A stretch of DNA of 64,000 nt from Raillietiella orientalis. Taxonomy: Eukaryota. Shown piece by piece: positions 24,801 through 37,600 of this stretch (position 1 is its first letter; every line of letters starts with the position of its first letter). Both the position numbers and the translations under genes were made by a program. The notes under the pieces were generated by a model. The model was not told the origin of the DNA. It did not search any database and saw only the letters and a list, made by a program, of their open reading frames with translations. Where the stretch lies: positions 1,860,001 through 1,924,000 of the forward strand of contig JAYWIR010000007.1 of the NCBI GenBank assembly GCA_036172245.1. The letters are read 5' to 3'.

Positions 24801-26260
24801 TTGAGAAATCTGGAAGCATTGTTTCTTGTCAGAATACCGTGGTAACATATATTGTGGGCGATGGCATTTGCACGTAATGAACCTTGAAGTGACTTTATAT
24901 GGATCGTGATCGCACGTGAGGAGTTGTTTTCGTGTTGGATGTGAATGACTTGTGGAGCCACTCGGGATTGGGAATGGTTGTGCTGTCCGTGTCTTTTCGC
25001 ACCCGCTGCGGGTGAGGTGGAAGAATCTCTTCTCGGTACCAGAAATTTCGAAAGCAGCTCACCCCCTTGCAGTGGTCAGTGTCATGACGAAAGTAGGAAA
25101 GTGCTCGGGGAATCGGAAATTCCATCGTGAGCGTCTCCTTTGGGAACCTCATCAGTTTAAGACAGCGGATGTGTTTTCGGGATTCCGCCTCGATCTCATC
25201 GTAGGTAGCAGTCGTTTGCCCTCCCCCTCTTCTTGGCTGGATTCGTCCACCCCCTTATCCCTTCTTCTGACCATAGGCGCGGATGTCTGCGCCGTTTCCC
25301 AATCTCGGTCCTCGCGGCTTCGTGACTTTTCCACTTCCAAACAAAAATCTTTTCGCAAAAAAGATTGCAGTGCTGATGATGCTGTAATGTCTGCGAAAGT
25401 GCCGACGCTGTGCACGTGCGTTTTCTCTTGACTTTGATGAGAATCGCTACTGAAGGCTGCGTGGAGAGGTGGTGCCTGTGTCTCCGTCGTCCGTTTTGGG
25501 GTTTGCCGAGTTCCTGACTTGGTCGGGCGTTCGGGACCCAATGTTTGAGAGCTTAGGACCCAGGGCGATTCCCGTCAAGTGGGATCAGCGCGCAATGTAT
25601 GGGGAACATTATTTCGTACAACTCTGCAACGTTCTTTTGCACCTTCTCGTGAGACGAAACACCCGAGGAGGGTCCGTTTGAAGGTTCTGCATGGCAGCTA
25701 CGCTCCTGATCGTGATCACTTGCCCAAGCACTGCACAGGGAGTGCACGCAGCATTTCTTGTTTGCTTCATGGAGAGCTTGGTGTCTTTAAGCGAATCGAA
25801 ATAACTTGGCTTCTGCACCATTTCACCTTTGCCCCGCCCGAGTTTTCTGCGGATGCGCGTGCGGCATCAGCAATGCTGATGTGCCGTTCGGCGTCCCTCC
25901 TTTCCGTGCTGATCAGGTTCAACCCCCCAAGGCTGCTGTCTTCCGAAAGGGTCCGCGAGTCATTTTTGAAGAGTTAAAAGTATCTTTCGAAGATCCACGC
26001 GCAACATCCATCCGTTGGGTCGCTTCTTCCTGTGCGTGCGTGTGCTTCCGCGGTACATTCCATTTTGGGAACGAATGAGCATTGCTGGCTTGCAGTGTCG
26101 CCAGACGAAGTTCCGGACGGGAGAGGCGGGTTCTATAAGGTGGATCAAACGCATAAAATCAGGATGAATTGCTACGCTTTTCGAATTGGGATCGTGTGCG
26201 CATATGTAACGTCTGCACATGATTCATAAAGCAAGAGCCCTAAAAGTGATTTAATTGCAG

Positions 26261-26317
26261 GAAACGGCACGGTAACCACGGTTGTTAACTGTGAACCGCA
26301 GAAGCTAATGTCTGAAG
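26261..26317 (+). CDS. ens: Candidate 57-nt phase 1-1 exon of ensconsin/MAP7 (GNGTVTTVVNCEPQKLMSE)
   Basis: ttaattgcag| acceptor and GAAG|gtaaat donor; stop-free in the required frame. Confidence 0.4.
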
Positions 26318-28501
26318 GTAAATAAGTTTTGCTGCTACCTTAATATGTGGGGAGGAAACGTGAGGAGCGCGGGGGGAGGGAGAGCCCTAAACGTGTGCAT
26401 CCTTTTGAAGGTTCGTTGTTGTTTGTGTGCTGCGTTCTTGTTGTGCGTCCACTGCTTCAAACCGGATTTCTTCGTTAACCCATGCGTTTCATACCGCTTA
26501 TTCCTTTCTACAACGACACTTCCTCTTGAGACCGTGAGTGTGGTGAATCCCTCCCGTCCTCCTTTCCGTCCCGGCCGTGGTCTTGCCGTGTTGTTGGTGC
26601 CTTCTTTGGTCGGTGGACCGCCCGCCGAATTTCCTTTCCCAGTTCGTCATTCGAGTATCAAAAATTCGAAAATGCTTCTGCGCCTTCGGACGAAGAGGGT
26701 TTCTGCGCTTCTGTTCGTTTTCATTCGAAGCATTCGGTTCTTGACCCTGTGAGCGCGGCGGTTTTGTTCTTGTAGCTGTTATCATGAAACTACACTCAAC
26801 AGAAAATTCGAAAACTGTACTATCCTGTAATAACAACCGTGGGCGAATGCGTGCACTATCGAGTTGTTTCAGGCCCAAGTGGGGTATTGTTTCCAGTAGA
26901 GCAGGCAAGAGTCTCTGAACCGAAACGGCAACGGACTTGTTCCTTCAGGATCGGCAAGCCAGGATGCATCGTTTCTGTCCCGGTCATCCTATCCATGTGT
27001 TGGTTTCGTGTACAAAGAAGGTATATCCCACGTAGCGTCAAGGTCTCCTTGTCTCTTGTTTCCGAGAATGGGAGCGGCGCGTTCCACCTGCGCGGAATCC
27101 TGAAATTACCGGTTGGTATGAGGAATCCGGAACGTTGTCTTTGATAGCGCGCTGTGCTGCTTTGAAACAAAAGCATCAGGAGAGGAGGGAAGGAAAGAAA
27201 GAAGAAGAGAAAAAAAAAAGTCAAAAAGAGAGGGAGAGGGAACTGCAGGTTGTCATCGCCCTGCGTCCCGGCAAACAGATTCTTCTCCGAGAAGACCCCT
27301 CGTTTTTCTCCTTGCAATGAAGGATTGTTTCCAAAGCACCCTCGCAGAAGTCCACACCATAGAGAGAGAAGGGAAGTTCGTGTGATGAGCAAGCACCAAG
27401 CCCGACTTGCCCCAGAAGAAAGTTTCGTACATTCTCAGATAGCATGGGCGTGTCTCGGGCTGCAAAGATGGATGGACTTATCTCGACTCCGGGGCTCGCA
27501 TGCCGACAGGATTGCCAACCAGCGGTTCTGTAGAAAGAGGAATGTTCATCCCGCGACAGTGAAAAACTCCTGCGCCGATGAGACGATTGCACGGACATTA
27601 CGGACGCTTCCTCCGAAAACTGCGCTCGCATCCTCGAATGGTGAGCTTCCGAGCGAGTGTTCCATCCAACTGCCCACACTGTATTCTGAAACGGCTCTTG
27701 GCTGCTGCTGCAGTCAGCACGAGAAGGTCGGCGCGGTTTGCTCTGCCTTGCCCTCTTGGTCAGGCTGACCCGAGAAGGATGCTCCAGGGAACCCTGCAGC
27801 ACTGTTGCCGTGGTCGGCCTAGAGGAGTTCCCAAGCAACAGTGGTCCACAGACCGCAATGAAGAAGGACGTGCCCCGGCGGCAAATCTTCAATTACCACG
27901 CTACCCCCCTCCCCCCCCCCCGAAGTGAATTCAGAAGGAAACTGATTTCGGCGGCAATTTTTTCGTCACGAAAGGTCGAAAAGCATTTTGGTTAACATCA
28001 GAAGAATGGCACGGTATTCGATGTGTACGCGCGCGCACGGGCTCAGCTCTTCAGATGGCGTGAATAAGATAACGAAGAAATAAGATGAACCTGTAAATGT
28101 TGAATTACTGTCCTCAAGAAGAACCTTTTCGCTCCACATGCGGCACCACTTCGATCGAATGATGATGAAACGAAGACGCGATGCGGAATTGAAATCGAAA
28201 TCGCGCCGGAGCCATGCGAGGCTTTCGTTGTTCCGATTAGCGGAATTGTGGAACAGCGCCACTGGCACCACATCCATCGGCATCATCACAGCAACCACCA
28301 TTATCATTATTACGGGCCCTCGGCTACGGAACGAATGTATTCTGCTTCTGCTGATGTGCAAGATGAGCTCGCGGACGTGGGTGTGCGTGATTGCATGGGC
28401 ACGAAAGTGGAAGAGGTTCAGGAGTCTGCCTCAGCAGTGCTCTCGATTCGCTTATTTCATCGTGGTTTCTAATATGGATCGTCTGTTTCCCCCTTTTTCA
28501 G

Positions 28502-28602
28502 AAGGAATTTCCTTTCTGAGAGATCGTGAAGACCGAATTCGAGTCTTACGCGAGAAACAGAATGAAGAACGAGAGAAGAAAATTCTCGAACTAGCAAAAC
28601 AG
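28502..28602 (+). CDS. ens: MAP7 exon (EGISFLRDREDRIRVLREKQNEEREKKILELAKQ) with GC donor
   Basis: ctttttcag| acceptor and CAG|gcaagt donor; start of the microtubule-binding coiled coil. Confidence 0.88.
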
Positions 28603-31600
28603 GCAAGTAACATTTGATTATCTTCTTTTTTTTTTCTTTTTTTTTCTTTTTTTTTTTGCACCCACGGAAAAAAAAAAGCGTTCTCGATTTTGTTTCCTTT
28701 CAATCCCATTTTCATGTTCAGTGAGAGATAATCGCGATGTGCACTGCTGTGTACTATAATGCGGGATTTCCTATGAAAGAACCCACGTCCAGATAGTGTG
28801 GCACGGTCTGCACGGTTCAGCTACGTGCCACCTCTTGACGCTGATGTTCTTTTGTTTTGTACTTTTTGGCGCCGATTGGCTCATAATAGCAACCATGTGT
28901 GCGCACAACAGGAAGTTGTAAAAGGTGAGTCACGCACGATCCCCAAGCTGGGCCTACCCGATAGGTCGAACTCGCGTGCAATAGGAACGAAACAACCACC
29001 GTGGACGGTTGGGCGCCGATGGGCATTACAGGCGTTTCAAGATCTGCGCATGTGCGGACGTGTGCAGCCATCCTGCAGCACCTCGGAAAGATTCACTGGC
29101 GTGCCTCATGGGTACTCCAGCGACCACTCCCTGCACCTTTGCCTCAGTGCATCAGACGCGTTTGTTTTCCCCTCTCTCTGTCTTCGGAATTGCTAACTTC
29201 GGGGAAATCCGTTTTGGGGGCATCTTTCAAGGTACCTTTGGGGACTTCTGGAAAACTAGCGCGCTTCCTCGCTTCGCCTGCTTGTGATGTGCATTTCCTG
29301 TTGCTGTTCTCATTCGAAACGAGGAGAGAAACGAGAGAACAAGCAAACAAGAAATGGCCCTAGCTGGAAGTCGCGAACGAAGAGCACCTGTCACTTGTTT
29401 TGTCCAAGAACAAGTAGTGCTTTTTACGTGAAAACCGTTCAAGATGCAGGTGTGCCCCTGCAGTCCTTTGTAACGCTCCCGCGTGTTTGGTGATCCAGGG
29501 CTGCAGATCTTTTCCATTCATAAATTCTGTTTTCGGCGAGTGCGTTCGGCCGCTGTGTTTGCAACGCAGATCGGTCCTTCGTTGTCAGCCGAACGGGCCG
29601 AGTGGGATTCGGGCAATGCGTTTAGCTGCGACCGCCTCCGCATCGGACAGTCAGTTGCCCGTTTTCGAGGCTTCGCTTCCTTTCCGCCCGTCATAGTGCC
29701 AGTGGTGTCAGCTTCCCCTCCTCCCCCTGGGGATTTTCTTGGCGACTGAAAGTGTGCGCGTGGATGAAGGAATCGACGTGGATGCATCTCATCTACGGCT
29801 TTCTTGCACGGGGAAGATCTGCTCCGGCTTCCCTATTGCTTTGAGCTTCCTCCTAGGGCTGCAAAAGGATTCAAGTGGGTCCCGTCCTCCGCTGTGGGAA
29901 TGGTCACCGCTTTCCGTCCGATGCGCCAGCGCACGCGTCTTGCGAGGACTGTGTGGCGTGTAGCGCGACGTTTCAACTCTTTCTTCGCTGCTATACCTTC
30001 CTCCTTGCCTCGGATGCCTCGTTGATTGAGGTCGAGCTGCGGCATGCGGAGCTGTTAGTTGCGGTGTGCTCCCATAGCAGTTGGTGATTTCCGTGTTTCT
30101 CTTTTGTGCGACACGGCATGCATCGTCAGCGTCCCACCTAAAGAACAGCGAATTGAATTCGTTGGAATGCCGGATGCTGAGCTGCTCCCAGCGCTGCCAG
30201 TCCTTTTTGAACTCTTCCTCGAAGCCGACGTTAGCGCCGTGTTGCCGGAGTGCGCTAAAAGAGGAAACAGCCGTGCCTAAGTTTGCAAATATGGCTTGTG
30301 GTTTAAAAACTGATCTGTAGCTGCAATGCATCCGAATAATTCCCTGTTCGAAGACAAAGCAAGCACCGACTTCGTTGACTTCCCAAAGATCACTGCAGGA
30401 CTCACAGTAGGGGGTGCTTTTGCTTTCTCGAACAAACTTGTCGAGCTTTCCGAAGAAGCTCCACAACTGTGTTCAAATTCTCTCGAAAATTTAATCTAAG
30501 CACGCGACTAAAAGTGACAGAGCTTGTCACTGCGAGATCGTGTCAGATCGAATGGCAGCGAATGGGTCCACGTTCGGTTCTCTTGATTGTTCTTGCATGT
30601 CGGATACCTCGTTTGAGAACAAGTGAAGTTTCGCTGCATTTTGTTTCCCATTTTCTGCTTAGAAGCACACCTCGAAGTCTTTGAATTTGATTCTGTGCCT
30701 GTTCACCGCGCACGCGCGTTTCCCACGTTTCCCATCCGAAGTGAATGAACGCTCACTGAACAAGTGCTCCTGAAGATTCCCTACAAACGCTGCGGTGGCA
30801 TCCACGAATGATCACAATAACTTTGCTAAGGAATAGATGTGAGCAAAAGCTCCGTTAGAACGTCGGATTCGTGTGGAAAACTTTCGAGTAGTTCAGTCGG
30901 CTTCCTTTTCAATTTCTTGTAGACCTTTCTTCAGTGAGCCGACTCAGGTCATCTGACCCGTCAAGCGTTCGGAGCAGAAGATATCGGGCACATTGCTCTC
31001 TGTTTGCCACCTCCTTCCCATTCCCTGCCTTGGGGGAGGGGAGGGGGGGGAGAAAAGAAAATGAAAGAGAGTTAGGGTTAGCCATAGTGTACAGTTCGAA
31101 CCCGTCCTGTCTTTCTCAGAGAGATAAGTAAACACGCACACGCACACACACGCACGCACAGACACACACACACACACACAGAGAGAGAGAGGGGGGGAGA
31201 GAGAGGAATGGGAGAGAAGAACACATAACTCCATTAGTTTTTTGTCACTTTTCTGGAATTCAGGCTGTTGAGGTCATTCCGTGCCTGATGGGGTGGGATA
31301 GGAGATTGGAGGTGCCATTGCAAGAATTTTGTGAGTCTTGCTCAACCACTTCGACTTTGCTTCCTTCGAAGGCACTGCACGAACGCAGTTTCCCTACCGG
31401 AGATCCCACCCTGCACTGTTGAAAAGTAATCACCTGATATCGTTGAAAATTCATGTGTTCGTATTATGCGCAGGTGTTCGTACACATGTACTTGCACAGC
31501 CATGTGTAGGCACAGGCACCTCCGATCCCCTTGTCTCCAGTCGCGCTGCTCGTCCCTTTTTCTGTTTTGGCAGACAGAAATTCAGCATTGCGTCGGTGCA

Positions 31601-34600
31601 AGGGTGACTGCTCCTTCCCGGTCAATGTAGCTTTTCGTTTTGGAGTTTTCAGCGCATTTTTTAAATAATAACCTTGAAAAAGTGTCAGGGAGAAAGGGTT
31701 CGTAAGACACGGAATTGGCGAGACTGCTGCATCAGCTACCCAAACCGGTTTTTTTGGTCTCATGTCCTCTTTGACCGTACACAATGGATTCCTCCTTTCG
31801 AACGTGTTGAAAGTGTGTGATTTTCGTGCCGTGTGCCTTTTAAAGGTTGCGACAGTTTTTTTGTTTGTGTTTTCCCCTATCTACAGGAATAGGTGTCCTT
31901 AGAGAATTGGTGGGTATGCATTGATGGCTATTCTTGCTTTGGTGCGGAGTTTCGCTCTTTATAGTGTTCCCAGCATTATTTCGGACTGCTAGTCCGTTAG
32001 TGAACTTTAATCGCTGCTGATAAATCGGAGAGCCAGCTGCCCATTTATCAGAAACGATCGAGACTACAGTTGCTCTGCGGGGCTATCTTTCGTTCTTTCA
32101 AAGCTGTAGGTCCTTCTGCTTTGCTTTTGTTGTTTTCACTTGTCCCGCACCAATTTTTTTTTTAGTCACATTTTTTGCATCTCTATCTTTGGTGTTTTAT
32201 GCTCGTGCCTTTTCGGGTGTGTGTGTCCATTTCCTGTGGCGCGGCCGCCTGTTTGTGCCACGTGGTTGACGGCTGCGCTCTTGCTTTTCCTAACCTAGTA
32301 TCGTGCCTGGCCACCCTTACACGTGGACTTCCTGGAATTATCTTTGACGTCGGTTGCGTGGATTTCTAGGCTGCGAGATATACCACACAGATAAATAGCT
32401 TAACCCCCGAGCCTCCTCCACACCGAGCTGCTCATTCGAAACCTTTCAAATTGGATCCGTCCTTTCCCAGTCCAACGCCCAAGCTCGCTCGCCTTTGCTT
32501 CGTTTCCTGCTCCAACCTTCGCGTTTCCCCCCTCGATGCCCTACGTGGTGGTAGTACTTTGCAACGCACGTAGGTCATGGCCATAATCACGGCCACTCGT
32601 GATTTCCGGAGCCATGTGCAGGATAGAGATCAGGAAGAGACGCCAGCCCCCGTGCTGCTTTCGAAGACTGCAGGAAGTTGTCTCTGTTCACCCAAACGGT
32701 CGTTCGTCTCTTCGAGTTCGTACCGCCTTGCCCGGTTCCCCCTTCATGTTCCAGAAATCGTACTTGAGCTCCTCCTTCATTCCTACAGCAGTCGTCCTAT
32801 CATCGCGATGCGATACTCACCAACGACTGAAAGCGAAAGGCTGTGTGCCTCCCCTCCCCTTAAAAAAAAAAAAAAAAACTGAGCTCTTCGGAAAGCAAAC
32901 AGTTGCGCGACTCCTCCTTGGGCCTTGGCGGAAGCATGCAAAGACCATCCTCGCCTCGCAGAAGGGATTCCTCCAGAAGCCAAGGGAGCTTTCGAGCCAA
33001 ATTTTGTGAAAAATGCGGTGGGAGACCCTGGTTTTCTGGTTAAGCAGCCCATGAGCTGTTTACGATGTGACGGTGCGTTCTCTCCGCCTCGTTTTTCTTC
33101 AGCGAAAGCCGCTGCAATCGTACCCTCCCTCCTACTTCCCGTTTTCTGTCTTTTGTGTAACTCCTAACTTTCGGAATTGATCCACGCCACGTTCCTTGGC
33201 AGTTGGAGCGCTCACGTCAAACAGCAGCGGGCGAACGACCTACGACACACGTAGGTGCGTACGTTCCTCCCTCATCCTGCCTCCATATTGAGGAGTTTGT
33301 TCCCCCACGAGGAACTTGTTCCCTTTTTTCCGACACTTCCAGACTCCGGGAACCCGCTCGTAGAAGGAGCGTGTCAGTGTGGAGTGTTGGGTGGACGCTG
33401 GAAAGAATCAAACACCTTCAGGTGCGAGAGAGGCAGGCGCCGCCCGGCCTTTACGTGTTACCGCTCCCACATGCAGCATGCAAGATGCGATGAAGATTAT
33501 ATCCTCTGCTCCGCTCATCTTTCCGCTGTTTACCAACCCGGGCATCGTCTTCCGGATGGAATGTGCATGTAATTTGCTGTTGATTGATGACCAGGAGCGT
33601 ATCTCTTGCCGTGCATGTCTAATTACTCGTGCCGTGATCTATGCGAGGACTTCGATCTAGAAGGATCCCATTCACACATACACACTTTCCTTCCCATTTT
33701 GTGTGTGTGTGTGTGTGTGTGTGAGTGTGAATTGCAGTGCTCTCCCTCCTCGAAAGACTTCTCCATCCTTGATCCCAATGTTATTTTTTATTTTACCTAT
33801 CCGTTCTGCATGAAAACTTGAACGCTGCGTTAATTCTCACGGTAGCAGATGGCCTGGTGTGCCCGATTGTCTATTTTGGAAGTTTTTATCTCCGGTACGG
33901 AGGCTTCGACATGCCATCTCTTCCCGGCAACCTTTCCTGGCAACCACGCGTGTGTTGCTCCGTGTTGCTTTTTGCGTGCGTGTGCGTGTTTTTTCCCCTT
34001 CTGCGGTGCTCCGGACGTTTGGGGCTCGGAAGGCCACTTCGCCTCATCGGAACGTGAGCTCTTGTTTGGGGCAGCAGTCCTCAAATGCCAACCATCCATC
34101 GAAAGATCCGCGCCTTTGCCTCCGTCGAGGTGGACGTGGAAGCAGCGGTCGATGGAGTGACTATCCCCTCGCCTGTGGGCCGACGGCCAGCTGCGAAACA
34201 AAGAAGAGGCCTGACTGGGAACTCTCGGAGCGCAAGAGCGGTGGACTGCACGGAGCTAGAGGAATGCCTGGATATCGGTCGCACGGGATCGTGATGACCG
34301 CTTCGCCCGACTGCACCGAGAGGGAAGGCTCAGGGAGGGAAGAGCGGCTGCATCGGATGCCGCCGTCGCCTTGTCGTCGGTTCGCGGCGGCGGAGGATGC
34401 GTGGGAGCCCTTGGCGTCCCGTGACCAAGCCAAGTCGCCGTGTCCATCCGCAGCGGCGGGTTCATTGCGTAGACGCGCATGGGTCCGTCCCCGCAACGGT
34501 TTACCGACCGGAAAAGAGGGGACTGCGGAGAGCGTAGCTTGGTGGACATGATGCATTCCAAAGAGCCGGACCGCGACGCGTCCTGCCTGTATCGTCATCA

Positions 34601-37600
34601 TCATCAACCCGTTTGCTTTGCTGCGTGCTGTTTTTATCCTTTTAGAATTGTGCCCCGCTAGCTATTGGCCCTCCGGTATGGCTCGGGCTCCCCTTGCTTC
34701 CCGATGCATGCAAGGGTGGTGCTTGCCTCCTTCCGAAGGGACAACTGACGTTTCCTTTCGGATGCCCCCCGCTTCCCCGCTTGTTTTATACGAAAGCCTT
34801 GTGATCGTGTCATTTCCAAGCAACCGAGAAGCCCGCTGCTTTTGGCGCAGGGGGCGCTCGTGTACTAACGCTGCCCGTTTGTATGCAGTGTAAATACACG
34901 GGTCAGCTCTTGTAGCATGAGTAGATATCAAAATGGACGTTCTACCAAGGGATCACAGAGTGGTGTGAAGTTCCACCGATGGGGTTTCGTGTCCATGGCG
35001 TGCTTACGCCGTTGGCTGTGCGCCCGCCCGTACGCGTGCGTATACCTTCAACCGGTAGACGTATGCAAGCTCAAAGATCAGGGATTGCATGAACATTTGT
35101 TCATATGTGGATAATGTACAAAGGATGTTCATCATCTTCCCCTTTTCCCTTGTCGTGAAGAAAATCTTCCACTTAAAGTAATGCTTTATTTTTTTCTGGA
35201 AACTTGAAAAAACAAACTCGTATCACCAGGTAATTTTATCTAAGAGAACAGTTTTCTCTCTCTTGCGATGAGTTCTCCAGCTCATATGTCTAGATTTCAC
35301 CATTTTCAGTTTACATCGAAAATAATAATGATCGAAAACCATGAAGTGCCCCTCCCTAAGCTTAGCTTTGAACAATTCTGGTGTTTTTTTTTCTTTTTTT
35401 ACCATATACCGACCTTTGCTAGATTGTACAATGCTTATTAATATTTTGAACATTGATGCTGCTTATGAATTGAAACATGCCTTCAACTTTTTTTCGAAGA
35501 CGTTGATGGGGTCATGTATATTATATGACATCGATTATGTTATGTACTATATGCATTCGATTACAGAGCGACCGTATAAATTAAGTCTTGGAGGAATCGA
35601 ATGAAGTGTTCGCAATTTTGTAGAAAGAGGTCAGATGCCACGAGTGGGAATGATTTCCATGGTTTTTCCATGGTTTCCGTCCTGAATCTCAGACTCCAAA
35701 AATTTTCTGAAAATGAAGAGTTTGCTGGAATAACGTGGCAAAAAAAAAAAAAACTCCTACGTTGAAAGTGAAAATGTGTACAAGCCGTTCGCCCTGTGCT
35801 CGTGTGTGTGTGTGTGTGGGTGTGTATACGAGTGAATGAACGCTGTTACGCGGCGGCGCATGCACATGTGCGCACACGAGGCCTCCTCTTCCTCCTCCTC
35901 CCGCCATCAAATCTTTTGGGCGTCTGTGCGTTCGTGCTCGCGAGTTTTCGAGCACGTGATTCCGCGCTCGCGAAGATGCCCGGGTACGAGTTTCCGGCCC
36001 CCTTCCGTTCGCGAATCCCAGCGAATCTCCTCCAACCCTTCCCGCGCATCCCGTTTCCCGAGAGCCGGGGAACCTTTGACCGTGGACGCTCCCGCAGCCA
36101 AAGGTCTCCAAGTGTTTTCCTCGCGCGCACGTGTACGAACGATGTGCGAGCGACGGCGGCGAGCCGAAAGGGGAAGGGCACGACAGCGGCTCGGCGGGCG
36201 TTCACCTTGTTTGCTTGCCTGTTCCGTTCGCATCCCCTGCCCTTCCTCGCCTCCCACCCCGCTAAGCCAGAGTTCTCACCGCTGTGCTTCCAGGCCGAGA
36301 ACGCTCAAAAGTTCCGAATCGAGCAAGAGCTGGGCAAGCGGAAGAAGATCGAAGAGCTGAAGGCCAAGGAGCAGCAGCGCCTCTCCCAAGTCAGCGAGAG
36401 GAAGAAGGCTCTTGAGGAAGCTGAGCAGGAGAGGAGGGAAGCCGTGATTCGTCGGAACAAAGTGAGCCAGGAGGAGGCTTCCGGGTCTCTTCTTCTTCCC
36501 CTGGGGCAGCATCCCCGTTTGTTGCGTGTGTGCGCGCTTCATGAATTCCTTTTCCCCCGCACAGGAGCGCGAGGCTCGCCTGGAAACGAAGCGGCGCAAC
36601 GAGCGCAGCTCCCTGGTGTTCGCTTTCGGCAGCTGCACCCCCAGGATGCTGAGCACGGCGCCCGGGACCGGGATCCTCTCGGAGAGGTGAGGACCCCCCC
36701 TCCTTCCGCTTTCCGCCTCCCCCTGTTCTTCCTTCTCTCACCCGACCTTTTCCCCTTCCTTGCGTGCGTGCTCTTCCGTAGGGCGATTCCCTCGGCGGAG
36801 CCGAACCCTCACTTTATAAGAAGGTTCGGAGGGCACGCAGAGAACGGCGGCGGTATCGGCGAGAAGAAGCGAGCCTTGAGCGCCAGCGGACTGGACAGGA
36901 AGCACGCCTCAGGTATCTCCCCTCTTTTCCCTCAGCATGCGCGCATTCAGCCAGGTCGGTCAGCCGGCCGGCAGGCACTTGCGCTTTTCCCTTCCACCAC
37001 GTTTTTTTTTTTTTTTTTTTGCCCTCTTTTGGTTTTTTTTTTTTTTTCTTTCTCTTACTCGTGCGATCAGATTCCCGGTCCACTTCGATGTACGAGGTGT
37101 TCCAGTGGGAGGACCCTGCTCCTCCTCCTACCTCTTGGGAGAAGGGTCAGAAAACGGAAGACGGAGCAGCGGCTGCACGCTACGCCGACTGCCCGCACTC
37201 TTCCGCCTCTCCGGCTTACTGCGTGGCTCGCTCTCCTCCGGATCTAAGGGACTCTTCCTTTACTCCCCCTAACAGACTTCGCCCTTCTGGCTGGCCACAG
37301 CCTTTCCTCTGTCCGGATGGCGGTCACAAGGACAGGGATTTTTCGACTTCTTATCTGTCGACCCCCATCGGTGAGTTGTTTGCTTAGTGGCGGCTCCTTT
37401 CCTTGCCTGTTGGTTCCCTGCCGAGTGTTGTGTTTTGGTGCCTCGCACACTTCCTCCTCCTCCTCCTTCTCCTCTTGCACACTCAACTACTTGCTTGGGT
37501 TTTGTATCTGTAGACTGCTTGATTGTTTGTTTCTCCGTTTGCTTATCGACGGGTAAGGAAGAAAGGGAGCTCTGTGCTGCTCGCCACCAGCTGCTTTCAG

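Noticed and set aside
28912..28930. Strong donor AAAG|gtgagt with a possible 13-nt micro-exon
   Set aside because: It would shift the MAP7 reading frame, and nothing else supports it.
29789..30466. 225-aa minus-strand ORF, faintly hAT-transposase-like
   Set aside because: No diagnostic motif or terminal inverted repeats could be identified.
35796..37247. 483-aa single ORF
   Set aside because: It is a read-through of real MAP7 exons and introns (poly-Phe from T tracts); the spliced model explains it.
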